A stretch of DNA of 64,000 nucleotides. It comes from Vicugna vicugna. Taxonomy: Eukaryota. The translations under genes and the position numbers were made by a program. Positions 40,630 through 54,589 of the stretch are shown in pieces. The notes under the pieces were generated by a model. That model made no database searches and had not been told where the DNA came from. It saw only the letters and a list, made by a program, of their open reading frames with translations. The DNA lies in contig MU058781.1 of the NCBI GenBank assembly GCA_013265495.1, positions 7,793,009 to 7,857,008 on the forward strand, written 5' to 3'. Every line of letters begins with the position of its first letter. Position 1 is the first letter of the stretch.

Positions 40630-40838
40630 TGCATTTGTTTCCTGCAACAGCCGTAACAAATTAACACCAACAGCCTGGTTCAAATAACAGAAACTGATTC
40701 TCTTCAAGTTCAGAAGTCAGAAATCAGCAGGACCATATTCCTTCTGCAGGTTCTATGGCAGAATCCATTCCTCATCTTTTTGAACTTCTGAGGGTTGCAT
40801 GTGGACATATCTTTGCAACCACCATTCAGCCCACTACA
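40630..40838 (-). mobile_element. MLT1 (B/C-like) LTR with internal deletion
   Basis: 'gtttcctgcaacagccgtaacaaatta', 'aacagaaactgattctct', 'agaatccattcct' and the end 'ccattcagcccactaca' match both ends of an MLT1 in reverse. Confidence 0.7.
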
Positions 40839-41040
40839 TACTTCAACCTATGTTCTATGCACATCGACTCCAAATCTCAAACACACACCCCTCCACTTAA
40901 CCAACAGTCACCAATAGCACTGATGGAAGACCTTCTATGTTTTAGGTCTCAAGGTCAAGTTTCAGTTTTCATGAGCTTAGCTACAATGCCAGGCATTTGT
41001 AACAGCTGTGGACTTCACTCTCCTTGCTGAACTTCTAGGA

Positions 41041-41444
41041 GCCTTGCTGGGACTCATGCTGAAGCATGACGGAGCAAAAACAAGTAACGGGTTCCCTTGC
41101 TCACTCATTGAGATGGGGGACAAGCTGGTTCCTTAAATGGGGGTTAAAGTAGGGGCAGATGGGTGGGTCGAACCTGAAGGGTGGCTTAGGTGGTCTGCCC
41201 ACCCCCATAGTGGTGCTGTGTGCAGGGATCATGCACAGTCCCGTGCTTTTGTTCTCAGCACCTCAAAAATGGCAGTTAGTTTGTGGCCTTTCCATGTCTT
41301 ATTGTGCATAACTGCCCCAGCTGTGCAGTTATTTTTAGCCCGTTGTAGTTTCTTTGCATTTTGTTGCTCTAGAAGACGTTTGTCCAGATGCAAACGCAAG
41401 CACTCCAGTAAGGGGTCCCACATCCCAGGTCCCAGGCTCTCTCA
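41041..41444 (-). mobile_element. ERV solo LTR, same family as 10529-11002, 3'-truncated
   Basis: The reverse complement starts tgagagagcctgggacctggga. It shares 'gagcaacaaaat.caaagaaactacaa', 'ctaaaaataactgca', 'gatccctgcacacagcacca' and 'ccccatttaaggaaccagc' with the first copy. Confidence 0.85.
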
Positions 41445-41499
41445 TGCTGAGTATGCCCAATCTGTAACTCCATCCTGACTTCCGGCCTGACTTCCACAT

Positions 41500-41700
41500 T
41501 AGCATTGCCCAGTGGAACTTTCCACTATCATGGATATATTTGATACCTACCCTACCCTGCACAGTAGCTACTGGCCAAATGTGGCTATTGAATGCCTGAA
41601 ATGTGATGGGCTACTAAGGAACTAAATTCCAAATTCCTTTAAATAAATTTAAATTTAAATAGCCAAATGTGGTACCTGCTACCTTAATTGATGGTACAAA
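41500..41700. mobile_element. MER3-like hAT MITE
   Basis: Contains 'gtagctactggccaaatgtggctattga' and 'aatttaaatttaaatagccaaatgtgg'. Confidence 0.8.
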
Positions 41701-44700
41701 TCTAAAATCCTCTCTCCTGTAAGTGATAATCCTAGTCAATGTCTTGTTCATTCACACATGTCTTTCTACTGAGTGACTATCTTTCAAGACTCAATTGTCA
41801 CCTCCTCTGTGAACTCTAGGTTAAATCATTTTATTCCACTTTTGTCTTTCCATAACTCATTTTCTATTATATTAATGCATATAATATTATAATCATATAA
41901 CAAATATATAACATACACTATATATTATACATAATATTATGTTACATACATATAATTTTATAGTCTTTTATGTTTCTGTCATGAAATCCTTGAAAATAAA
42001 GACTTTATCTTAATTCATTCTGTACTCTTTTTAAGCCAATGCAGGACCTGGTACCCACTCACTTAATTAATCAATGAAAAAAAATGTATGTTGCTTGGAG
42101 TTCACCCTGCATTATGAGAGAGAAAGCTTAACGAGGTGCAGACTCTGAAAAAAAAAAACCTTCTGCCTCCTTTTAAAATCCCTTCATGAGAATGGCCAAG
42201 TCCAGTAACTCAGGAAGGTTTTGCATCCATAAACTGGATGATAGAGACCCTCGTCTTTTGCTTGTCTGTTTAGTTTGGTTTTGGTTTGGGGTTTTAATGA
42301 ATTGCACTTTTCATCTTAAAAACTGGAAATTAACATGGTTACACTGGTCATGGGCACATGACCACTTGGCTGTCACCGTTCATGCTTTAAGTACAAATCA
42401 TTCTAAGAATCACACTTCTCTGAAATCTGAAATATGGTGATTTGGAGAATTCCAAAGAGTGATGAGTAATTTTTCAAAACTGGTGATAAAAGGGGAAAAA
42501 AAAAAAGAGCTGATATTTTTGCTAAAGAGGGAAAGGAGAGAAAAAGCAAAAAAAAAAAAGTGATTTTGGCTATAGGATGAATGTGTATGCACACATCCGT
42601 TAATGGAGTGAAAGACAGCATTAGTGAAGAGTCAGGCAGGCATGCAGATTGCAGGCAAGGAGACTCAGAGGCTTTTTCTGGTCCTGAGCATTCAACCCAG
42701 GCTTCACTGCCTGTGGCTGCTCTTTTTATGAGAACTGGCGCACATTTAACTGCTATAGCTGTTGGCTTCGAGGCTTAGTTTTACCCACAGAGGAGGCATT
42801 CATTCACATTCTAGCTATCATTTCCATTAAACCATGGAAGTACTAATGGTACCTAATCTAACTGGATAAGGCAACCAAATAAATATATCTCCTAAATACC
42901 CTAATTATAAGGTATCTAGAAACATAGTGGTGGTACTTATTGGAAATAAGTACATTAACTGGAAACTTAAAATTTTCCTTCCTAAGTATATGGAAAAAAA
43001 CAAATAATCTTTGTGCAGAAGGCAGGGAGTAGCAATTCCATTAAGATATTTCATGAAAAAAAAGGCACTAGTCCCATTTTGTCTATTTCAAGCTCCATTT
43101 TGCTCATATTGTAACTTAGAGAATCATTCAGAGAAACAGAGTGGGAGGAAGAATATGAGCTACATTCCACTGGAACCTTAGATACATTTTTCTTTCCTGT
43201 TTTATCTGAGCATGCAGGCGACATCTTCTTAATGAGGGTCTTCAAATTCCTCTGCCTTTTAGAAGTGTCTCTGGTGTGCCCGGGGAAGATTTTAGCTTTT
43301 AAATATGCTCATGATATAGAGTGGTTTTTTTTTTTTTCTTAGTGCTATTCATTGTTTTACCTGCCTTAGTGGGAATTATGGATTTGATTAATGGGCTGAA
43401 AGACTTGGTCCTTTTTAGGTTCCTTATCTCTGTTCCTTCCTGATCCATGGTGTTTCCAACAGTCTCTGAATACCTGGGAATCACATCTGCAAGAGGAGTT
43501 TAAAATAAAAGTAAAAATAAAAGCAGGATGGTGCATCTGTGATTCGGGCATGCGTGTTGGCCATATTTACGTTAAATATGTTCATACATGTATGTGTACG
43601 TTTAGTCACATATTTATTCATTCAACAGACTGTTCTGCATCAGACAATATGCTTAGAACTGGGAAGAATCCATAGTGATTTTAGGTTCTACTAAATTAAA
43701 ATGAGATGGTGGTCCAACACCGAGCTCTCCTTTGAAAGTGTCCACGGGTATACAATTGAAATGGGTATGCAAAGAGAAAGTAACCATGGCAGGGCTTATT
43801 CTGCTATAATTTTGGTCACTATGTTAATCAAATAGATAGCCAGGAAATACCTGTGCTCAGTGAGTTAATAAAACTGTATGACACATGCTCCTGTTGAAAC
43901 AAACTACCAAGCTGGAATCCACAGGTGCTGCAGAAATAACCGCAAATAACCAGGCAACTAATCTCATCATCACTGGGGGTGCGAGCTTTGAGGCAAACAT
44001 GCATATTTATCACCCCAAGTAGCTCTTAAAAGTGAAGTAATGTTTATAGGTTTACTAAAGGGCCTAGAAAAGATCGAGTATCTAAGAATACAAAGTACTT
44101 GGGCACTGGGGAGTTACAATACAAGATTTCAGTGAGACCTTCTCTTGAATTTTCTAACCAATAGAACTGTGCTATTTTGGCATATGCACACCTTTGTGTG
44201 GGTACAGAAGCAGACATTTTTAATCCTTGAGGTGATCAAATAAAATTTAACAGTCTAGCACTAGAATGGTGCTAACAGCCACTCTTTGGAAAATAGTGTC
44301 TTTTCTCTCCATTTGGGCAACATATGAGTAAGTTCACGAAAATAAGCTGGAAAATATTCCTGACTCATTCAAATGCAATCTGTGGACTCCAAAAATAAAG
44401 ACTGCTCCTAAGAAGTCTAGAACATGCCACGATGCAAAGCAGTGGTAACAGATTAAGTGCTCTCCTGCTCCCAAACGTCTGAATCAGCCTGCTCTGCTTG
44501 GTTAACATGAAAATAAGATATGCACAGAGATCTTCAATTAAAACTTTTCTCACAGGTCCTCAGATCTGGAATTTTAAAAATGCATTTGATGAAACATAAG
44601 TAGTGGTGATAAATGTATGTGTAATTCACTCTAAAATGTAACATAAGCACAAATTATTTCATACTCATTGATGGGCATAAGAAGCATAGTACAGGAATGC

Positions 44701-45334
44701 TCATTCTGTAAAAAAAAAGTTCACCATTCTGCTTAATGATAAAACAAATATATTCTGCTTAATCACACACATACATTGGTATACATGCACAAGCTCAAAC
44801 TCCCTGCCACCCCTGCAACATCTCATCTGATCCTTAGTAAAGAGGAATTCGAGCACAAATGATAGTGGAAGCTGATTACAAGCAAAACCTTGAGATGATG
44901 CAGCCGGGAAAGCTCCAATCTTCACAGGAAGTTATGACGTCACTCATGTTTCTGCCCAAAGGAGGGGCCATGTTCAGATCAACTCCCACCAAGAAGTTAC
45001 TCTTCATGCCAAAAGGACGTGTTTTATATGTGGCTGGGTGGAACACACAGTGTTCAGATTCCAGAGAACTAGACAGAGGGGCCTTATCGATCTGAGAGAT
45101 GAACACAGTTTCTGTGATAATAATGACTTCTTGGAAAAGGATTTTATCAGATGGCTCTGAAAGAGGAAAATACCGTCCGGAAAAATATTACTAACAATAG
45201 ACCTTGAGTGGATACAAAAGTTGAGCCTTGCAATTTTGTAGAAATAGTAACCACAAGTCTGAGAGGAGGGCATCGCCATCCCAGGACACAATGTATAGAG
45301 CAGGAACAACAGCAGGGGATTCAATAAGGATGCA

Positions 45335-45796
45335 GTAGGGAACAGACAGAAATGGGGCTGATGGTCCCAGTTCTTCATTCTTCCCTTCATCATCACTCTT
45401 TACCCTGTGAACTGCATCCCCCCTGCCACCAAAAATAATAATAAAATAAAATAGGCAGAAAATATTTCCTCAACTTTGGGTTTGATCACGGGACGTAACT
45501 TTCACCAACAGAATGTAAACGGGAGTAATACGACCAAAGGCTTTTAAAAACGTTTGAGGGACTGGGCTGTCCTTTCACATCTGAGCCGTTGCTGAGAACT
45601 CATAGGAAGAGAAGTACTTGCCCAGGCTAAACACCAACTCCTGCTGGAGGATGAGAGGTAACTGGAGCCTACGTCCTCTGAAAGCAGCCACAGTCAGCCA
45701 AACCCCTGTCTGCTTGCACATCTGCGACAATGAATGCTTACTCTGTACATCACTGAGATTTTTGTGGTTGTTATTCACCGATGACTATCTGATAGA
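45335..45796 (+). mobile_element. Old MaLR LTR (MLT1H/I-like)
   Basis: 3' end 'atgaatgcttact...cactgagatttttgtggttgttatt...ctgataga' and 5' 'cccagttcttcattcttccc'. Approximate. Confidence 0.65.
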
Positions 45797-46076
45797 AAGA
45801 AAAAAATTATCTTCAAGTATATGAAGACATTTTCTCTCTTTACTGGAAAAGAGAAACTACCAGAAGGGATTGAGGTTACAAACAAGGAAGATTAGTATCA
45901 TAAGCACCATTTTAAAAGGGTCTCACGAATGGGAAGGACAAATGCTGACGCTTCAACGATCTCTAGAAGAAACAAACCAAGTGGCTTTTATTCCGTCATA
46001 CTTACTTGATCCCAGGCATAAAATCACAGGTAACAACAGAAAGTAGAAATTTTATCTGATTAAAAACAGGCTCACT

Positions 46077-46814
46077 TGAGCGTGGAGAAAATAGAACCCT
46101 CGTACACTGTTGGTGGGAATGTAATTTGGTGCAACCACTGTGGAAAACAGTACGGAGATTCCTTAAAAAAACTGAAAATACAGTTACCATGTCTAGTAAT
46201 CCTACTCCTGGACATAAATATGGGGAAAGCACTAACTAAAAAAGATACATGCACCCCAGTATTCACTGCAGCGTTATTTACAAACAGCCAAGACATGGAA
46301 GCAACCTAAATGTCCATTGACAGATAAATGGATAAAGAAGATGTACTGTATGTGTGTGTGTATATATATATTCTTTATACAGTGGAAAATTACTCAGCCA
46401 TAAAAAAGAACAGAATAATGCCATCTGTGACAACATGGATAGACTTAGAGATTACCATACTAAGTGAAGTAAGTCAGATGGAGAAAGATAAATATCATAT
46501 GATATCCACTTATACGTGGAAAATTAAAAATTATACTAATGAACTTATTCACAAAATAGAAACAGACCTCAAAGACAAAGAAAACAAAACAGGGAAACAG
46601 GGGAGGAATAAATTAGGAGTTTGGAATTATCAGATACAAACTACTATACATAAAATAGGTAACAACAAGGCCCTGTTGTATAGCACAGGGAACTATATTC
46701 AATATCTTGTAATAACCTATAATGAAAAAGAAAAAATATATATGTATAACTGAATCACTGTGCTGTATATCAGAAACTAACACAACATTGTAAATCAACT
46801 ATACTTCAATTTTT
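46077..46814 (+). mobile_element. L1 3' fragment (artiodactyl-type), ORF2 C-terminus and 3'UTR
   Basis: ORF-track peptides '[13 protein letters not shown]' and 'TTWIDLEITILSEVSQMEKDKYHMIS' are L1 ORF2 C-terminal remnants. The 3' end is 'gtaaatcaactatacttcaat'. TSD-like aaaaacaggctc / aaaaaaggctc. Confidence 0.93.
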
Positions 46815-47159
46815 AAAAAAGGCTCTCTGGCAGGTTCCTGAAATGAGTAAGAAATCTTCCCTTCATGCTGACCTACTCTCCCATGACAGAGAGGGTCAAT
46901 CTAATCCTTTTTCGTTAAGACATATGGTTTATCTTGGTCCTCATTAATTTGAATCTAGTTTCTCAGAACAAACATTCTCTTGAGAAATTAAATAACAGAG
47001 AAAACATCTCAAAACAAAAAATAAGGGGAGAATCGTTTAGTTAAACTAAACTTTGAGTTAAATTAAAAGTTTTCATTTAATTAAATTACAAGTTGGTCAA
47101 AAATTAAGAAGTTTCCAGAGAAACTTCAGATGAATTTGCTTGTATTTGCAAATATCAAG

Positions 47160-47270
47160 TACAGTTGTTAAGGTTCTTAGTCTAGAGTCAGGCAGATACA
47201 GGTAGAGATTCCAGCTCCGACGCTTTATAGCTATGTGCCTTTGGGCAGGAAGCCATTTTCTGAGCCTGGC
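47160..47270 (+). mobile_element. MIR fragment
   Basis: 'tctagagtcaggcaga...tccagctc...tagctatgtgcctttgggca...tctgagcct'. Confidence 0.65.
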
Positions 47271-47321
47271 TGCCTGTGATATAAGCAAATTATGCAATTG
47301 TAAGTGTTTGACAAATAGCAG

Positions 47322-47381
47322 CCACCACCACCATCACCACTAACACCATCATCATTATCAAAGTCATCATCATCATCATCA
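47322..47381. repeat. (CAC/CAT)n degenerate trinucleotide repeat
   Basis: Read directly. Confidence 0.8.
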
Positions 47382-48719
47382 CAAAAAGTTTTGGAGAGGA
47401 GGGGATATGATCCAACTGTGCCTTAGGAGACGAATTTGGCAGGAATGCACAGAAGGAACTGGAGAAGTCAAGTGCACGAGAAACAGGAATGGTTTTATTT
47501 AGAATCTCTCTTATCTTTTTCATCACCCTCTTGCAACATCCCACACACCCACACACACCAGAGTAGAGTTCTGGAGTAGAAAACCTAATACTGAAACACA
47601 AACAAGGTAACGCTGGCATCTCTGCCCAAAGTGGGGAAGAGCCAAGCATCCAGACAGAAACACTCCCTCCTCTCCGGTCTTTATCAGGAGCTCAGGACTA
47701 ACGGACAGACAGACTCCAGGCGTCTGCTTGGAGATCTTGCCCTCCACGCTCACTCGTGGCGCTCCTACAAAGAGACATGGTCTCTTTGCTGCCTACACTG
47801 CTGGCCATCTGTTAGGATGGCATAGTGCCAGCTAACGGGTAGCACGCCGACTTTGCAGAAGCCCGGGGGCCAAGAAACGGTTTCCACAAGACGCCCTTAT
47901 AAAACTCACGTGGGTGCCGGGAAAGAGCTCCTGCCTGCCTCTCCTCCTCCCCACACGGCAATGCTGTGGGTGGGTTCTCCTCCACATATTACTTCACCTG
48001 TTGATGAAACTAGTTGGCTCTCCAATCTAAATCATGGAATCTGAAGAGGAAAATACATGAACCATGTGTAGGTACCTGTGGCTGCCAGACAGACAGGTGG
48101 TGTTATCGCCTGCTTTTTGGCGGGGCTGGTGGGGAGCAGCAGGGTTTCCATCAACACTCTGCTAGTGCCTCCTCTACGTCCCCAGGTTTCTCTCCGTCAC
48201 CACGATACCTCCCTCTTTTTCCCAGTCCTCACAGTATCTGTGAGGTTTAGCAAAGATTTCTTTGCTTGACTTGTTCTCCACCTGTGTCCACATTAACTTA
48301 AATAGAAAATATTAAAATATGTTCATGTAAGTGATTCTTATAAGACACAAAGAAAGATATTTAAATATATTTTGTGTTTTAAACCAATGCTTTTGTGTGA
48401 CAGCACTGTTTTATAATTACATTACAGAACATATGCCCTTTGGGGTTGATAGAACCAGAAGAGAAAATGTCAATTTTAAGTTAATAAAATGAAAATAATG
48501 ACCAATGCATTTTCAGTTTATATTCCATTAGGTACTAGCTTTTTAAAAGAAACAGAGAATGAGCTCTAACGGGGAGAGTGTGTGGTAATAAGCGTAACAA
48601 AAACACTCTGGGTCGTTCTGATGCGGGTGTTTGCACCTGCTAGGTAGGAGGTGCAGAGGCAAGAGTTTAAATGTCACCTGATAAGGAAAAGAATGCTGAC
48701 TTTCCAGGCTAATGCTCCC

Positions 48720-48950
48720 TCATTCATTCATTCAACAACGATGGAGCAGGCACTGGGCTTAAGGTTAACGAGCAGAATGCAAATCAACCAGGATGCCTCC
48801 CGTCCAGCATTTTATCATCCAGTGTCATATGTGTCTATGTGACCAAACATAAAATAAAACAGAAATGCAGCGGTGGGGACACACAGTATTATGAGAGTAC
48901 TCACTCCAGCCTGGAGAGAAGTAAGGAAAACTTCCTAGAAGAAACCAAAA
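48720..48950 (-). mobile_element. L2 3' fragment
   Basis: (CATT)n tail 'cattcattcattcaacaa' followed by 'caggcactgggct'. Approximate. Confidence 0.55.
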
Positions 48951-51573
48951 GCAGGTTTTGTTAAAAGTCCTGAGTTCACAAAGCACAAGAAGTAGGTATC
49001 ACTTAACCTTACTTAACAGGTTGAATGATTCTTCACATCTACTCATTATCCAACTCTGGCCAAAAATTTCTGGGTTAGATTAAAAACAATCTATGAAATG
49101 GGACTAACTCTTGTTCTCTGTCACCACAGGATGGATACAAAAATCCAGAGAGACAAAGACAGTATGTGACGTTGTATAAATGAAAGTTATTATCATGTAT
49201 CTCTAGTGTTCTTCATCTACTGAAGGATCAAAAAAAAAAAAAAGAAAAGAAAAAGAAGAAAAAACAACAGGAAATGTAACGAGTGAGTAACGAGCGGTCT
49301 TTGCTTATCCATTTCAGAAGTGGCATTTCCTAGATGATCATGGAATCTCAGTGCCATCAGAGGCTCAGTGGGGGTCTGTTTGTCTACCCCTCTGGCTTCT
49401 GAGGAAGGACAGAGGCCCAAACAGTGAGCAACCTTGCCCATTCCTCCCAGCACTGGCAAAAGCGTTTTCTTCTCCAGAATCGTCCTCCTCCACACTAGGA
49501 TGCCTCCTTGTTCACATTACGAGTGGGATACAGGATACGGGAAAAGCCACAGGCGCGGACGTCTGCACTGAGTTCTCAAGAAACAAGCAAGCAAAAAGGA
49601 CCACATTTCTAATTCTTCATTATAGATAATTACAGTTGACATGTTTTCTTCTAAACAACTCAAGGTGCCTTCTGACACTCAGTTTATAGTAAAAGAAGGA
49701 GCTGTTTAGAAAATGTGCCTGGTCCCTGTCTGAGCAAAAGCAACTCAAAGGTTTAGAGTGAGTGACTGAAAGGAAACAGACGAAGGAGAAAAAAGTGGTC
49801 ATGCTGTAGGACATGTTACCACTGGCCGAGAGGGCAGAACCCAGAACCTGAATTCCAGACCCACCCTAGTCCCTGCTTCACTCTGGGAACATCTACAAGG
49901 CGTTCAACGCAACCTTCATTTCTTCATCTATTATGTAACAGGAGTTGATCAAGCAGTTCCCAGGCTTCCTTCCAGCTCTGAGCCATCCCAAATCTTGAAC
50001 CAAGAAGCTCCATCCATAAGCTCCATCCGCAGCACCAGTGGTTTCTCCACCATTCTCACGGCACCCTGGTGACTTACTAATGTGTATGAGAAGCCTGGGG
50101 CAGACTATAAACTTTTAAGTGTCAAGTGACAGATTTATAGTTTCTATGATTTAGAACCTTTTAGTTAACTCCTCATAGATAAAGGATCTTATTTAAACGT
50201 GGTCAAGAGGTAAAATGATTAACTTTCCTAACATGCCTAGTGTTTGCTTCCTACAGTTACCGCCTAGTATTACTTGTGTTGATATTTCAGAGGCAAAATA
50301 GTTAAACATGACTTTTTTTTTTTCCCCTTAAAGAGTGTCCAAAAACAGTTAAGTTCTTGGATTCCATCTGAGTCAACATTATAGGATTAGGTATTTCCCA
50401 GGAGGTGGGAGGGCAGTGGAGGAGGTGATATTTCCACATCTAAATATTTGAAATGAAAAACGTGTGGATATATTCACATATCTGTATGTATCATCCCCAA
50501 GTATGTACGTATATTTTCCCTTGATGTACGATCTCAGTAAAATATCAGAGAGAAAAAACGTCAGACATACATAGCATAGCAATCAAGGGCTAATGAAGAT
50601 CCAGGTATTAAATCAATTAAGAAGTATCAAAAGCTACCTAATCATCAAGGAACAAAATTGGCACCACAATATGTAGTGAGTATGGGAAAGCCTAATTTAC
50701 TAAACATACCCTGCAGTCACATAATTGCATGTAATTTTACCAGCATAATTAACTAATTTAATTACCACTTCTCAAGTGCATCAATTATTGACATTACAGA
50801 GTTTTCAGACAGAAGAATTACTGAGTGGTACATCCAGAGAATGCAAAATGCTTTGTACGCCGATTTTCCCAGTCCTAGTCAACTTCTGAAGAATGTGGGG
50901 TTGGAGGGAGAAAATTCCTCTTGTGGAAGCCTCAGCTGAGCAGGCTGAAAGAGGGAGCACCCACAAATGCCTGGCACGAGGCGGAGAAGGGGCAGAAAAC
51001 CCCAAGACTACGCTCTTCAAAGCAGTTCTTTGCCAAGGTGCAGACAAAATGTGCAGAACACAGGCCAGGAAAGAAATAGAAGGCTCTAATTTTTTGGAAA
51101 AGATTATGCACCAGCAATTCACAATGTGCCTAAGAAGAATACTGGCAAGAGGGAAAGGAAATAAAAGAAACAGAAGTTGAACATGTTATTAAAGAACCAA
51201 AGCTTGCCTCTGACAATAAGGTTAGTCTAACATACATTTATGTGTTATCCTACTTGTCAAGTCAGAAGGATGTTCTATTTCACTCCCAGATGGTCATAGT
51301 TTTGCAGCTGTTTTTTTTTTTTAAAAAAAAAATAGGCATCATCAGTTGAGACTGTTCTCATGTCATGAACTTTGTAAACAGAGATGGCTGGAACTCCAGG
51401 AGCTCGGGCGTGACTTTGTGTTTCTTTTCACATCGCCCTCCTGTAGCTGACCTCTGTGCAGCTGTTTCTTACTATCTGGAGGTGGCTGAGCTGTGAAATA
51501 GTGCTCTCATCAGCGGGATATTTTAATGAGACCATGTGGAGTGAGGGATGTGAGACCAGCACGTCTTTCTTAC

Positions 51574-51639
51574 CTTTTGAGTCCTTGGACGTCTCCATCG
51601 CCTTTGAATTTAACTGGGATTTTAAGTCCATGACTGATT
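51574..51639 (-). other. Candidate 66-nt exon of an unidentified minus-strand gene
   Basis: Strong acceptor acttcctttcttatttccag and strong donor AAG|gtaaga. Length is divisible by 3 and two frames are open (SVMDLKSQLNSKAMETSKDSK or ISHGLKIPVKFKGDGDVQGLK). Lies in unique sequence. Confidence 0.6.
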
Positions 51640-53757
51640 CTGGAAATAAGAAAGGAAGTCTTTATTACTTCAATCTTTAGGAGCTGACTTACTGCGTCGC
51701 TTGTAAGTGACTTGGTCAAGCAATTCAAAAATTAACTCCAAGGAAAGGAAAATATGTGTTCACTCATGTGGTCGAAAATCAGATTGCAGTCTAAAGATCT
51801 GAACCTTATACTGGGGAAAACCTTTCAGAGCCTGGGAACAACTGGGCCAAGTTTTATTAGGAGTCAATTTCTGAGAATCATGTTTATTTGCTTTATATAA
51901 TACACTTTTTGGAACTGAGAGTTGGAGACCTACAATTACGACCTCATCCTTGGTGTGTATCACTACACAGGGCAAAGCTGTCATGCGCACAAAGTGTCCT
52001 TTGGAGCTTTCAGCAGCCCCTATGTAGAATTTTTTTTTTAACATATAATGCTTTTTCCTCCCCCTACCACCTTCCAAAATCAAGAGCTCTTTTTTGTCTT
52101 CCTCCAGCCTCTATCTTAAATTGGCTTACATTTAGGTCAGTCTCCTACCTCTAATAGGGGTTTTTAACATAAGCCTATAGATCTTTTAAAACTACTGAAA
52201 GTTTGTAACACGATTTCTAGTGTTAATAACCAAGTGAGAAGTGGTTTTGGGGAGGGGGTGGGGGAGTAGGGGGTCTCCCTGTGCTCTGAAAACCACGCCA
52301 GGCTAGTAGCACTTCTTTCTCTGCAAAAGGTCGTTTCCAGGACCGAGACGCACTCCTGTGCATCAAGCCCACTGAATTTCTCAGCCCTAACCCAGTTCTC
52401 CATGACGTGTGTTACTATAACCCACAGAAGAGTCGATAAAGTATGTTCTACATGAGAAAAGGCTTTCCGTTTCAGGAATGCCTGTTATGAGAAGTTTATT
52501 AACTTAAGTCTAAGCGTCTGTCTAGAGGCAGTCCCTACTAATTAGGCTTTAAACTAATCTGAGTCCTCAGTTCACTCAAACTAAAGATGCTTACTCTCCA
52601 CTTCCCGTTTTCGTTACCCACGTGTATTGTACTTTCTGTAACATCGATCTATGGGGGCGATGGTTCAGAAGACCAGTTAAAAAGGATAAAAAGGTCACTT
52701 CAGTCGGCTAGAGCGAAAATAATTCAGTTAGACCGAATACACCTCTTACTATCATCAAGGAAAAGATAATAGAAATAAAGACCACATGGAAAGACGCAAG
52801 AATTCCTATAGAAGGAGCGAATACGTGTAAGGCATGTTCCTTCCAAAGGCGCTTGGCTCACCATCTCGCCAGGCGTTTCAGTGCAGCACATAAAGGAGAC
52901 TCATACAAGCATGAAGCGATATGCTGTAAGGGCTCAGAAGGAGAGAGAACTGTTGGGAATGGTGTTCTTCATCAAGACATAACATTTCAAATAAATCTCA
53001 AAGGCAGGACAGGACTTAACACTGAGGGTTAAGAGAAGAGAGTAGAACAAGCCTAGCAAACGCCATGATCAAAAGCACAGAGACGGAAAGACTGTGATGA
53101 AAAAGGCAGTGTTCACGTAGCCAGAAGCACGGTGGCTACACACAAAATCAGGAAGGCAGCGGGGAGGAGGGGAAAGAAAACACGTGCGGGTGATCCCAGC
53201 GCTCTAGCCCCAGCCTTATGACTAAGTAGTCATGAGAGCCAGAAAAGCTACTTCACCTTTCAGACGTAAAATGAACAGGTTTAGCTGAACAATCTCTGTG
53301 GTCCTTCCCAAGTCTACACAAACCCTATGAGCTGAAACTGAAGCTTGTCACTTTTACATGCTTATAAATATTTCTATTTTTCATCTTTGGCGCACCTTCC
53401 TGGTCTTCTACACACCTTCTACGACCTCTCATTGTAATATCTTTCCCACGCTGGGTCAATTCACTTTACAGCAATCAAATTTATAACATCACTTTCAACC
53501 ACATAGGGTGGGAGTCCACCCTGCAGAGGATACCCAAGTAATAGTCAGCTGAATCAAAGCCTGAAGACTGTTTTGGCCACCTAGGTCTCTCCTTCTCTGC
53601 CAGTGCTTTCCAAGAAAGTGATCTGCCCACCTGGTCTCCACATCCTCAACATTATAGATTCATCCCTTACACTTAGAATTGGCTTCTGCCACCACACCAT
53701 TTAACAGAACCTTATTGTAAAAGATTATGGGTGACCCTCTGTGTGAATTTTCGGCAG

Positions 53758-54505
53758 TGTTGTTGAAGTACGGCTACAGGAAAGGGACGTCCATGGCTGA
53801 GTCAGACACCCACTTCTGCTCGACAGGACAGGGTGCTGAGAATGGTGAATTCCCAGAATAGATGAGTATTACGGATCAACTCAGCACCCTCGGGGCCACA
53901 GAGAGACTTTTTCTTTTTTCTCATGACACCAAATATGTGATGTCTTTACAAAACACCAATCAGTTCTCAAACTCTGTGATGCCCATTGGGTGTCCAACAA
54001 TTCCATTCAAGTTTGGCACCAAATACCTGGAGTTATTATCAGACCCCACAGGATAAGGGTTCAAGTCCCACAAGACAACACTCACTTCAGACTCCAGCAG
54101 TGGTGGGGACCCAGACTACCCACAGTTCTTCCCAGGGGACTCCGAGATCAGTGGTTCCCACCACCTCCCACTCGGTTCAGTCATTCACTTGGATGGTGCA
54201 CAGCATTCAGCAAAGTGCTTTACTTACTAAAATTGGTTTATGGTTATGTCTGAGGATACAGCTCAAGGAGACCCAACAGAAGGAGATGCACCCGGCAAGG
54301 TATTGGGGGGGGAGGCGCTGCACAGGGCCCTCCAGGCCTGCCCCACACACGCCATCCTCCCAGCAGTCCGATGCGTTCACCAGCCCAGATGCTCTCCAAA
54401 CTGTTGTCTAGAAGTCTGTGTGGAGGGTTCATTATGTAGGCATAATTAATTAAATCGTTGGCCACTGATGACCAAATTCAATCTTTAATCCCCTCTTCTC
54501 CCAGA
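53758..54505 (-). mobile_element. MER21-like ERVL LTR
   Basis: 'gggtgtccaacaattccattcaa', 'cagaccccacagg...agtcccacaagac' and 'cattatgtaggcataattaattaaatcgttggccac' are reverse MER21 motifs. Inclusion of 53758-53920 is inferred. Confidence 0.8.
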
Positions 54506-54589
54506 CATGGGAGTTAGGGCAGAGTACTTTTTCTACCTCTCCTATTCGTGAAAACTGCATCCCAGCTAGATTGCTCCCTTCTGGTATAC

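Noticed and set aside
46076..46753. ORFs resembling a known protein
   Set aside because: They are frameshifted L1 ORF2 C-terminus and 3'UTR, annotated here as a mobile element.
53862..54465. Overlapping ORFs up to 141 aa
   Set aside because: They lie inside the MER21-like LTR.
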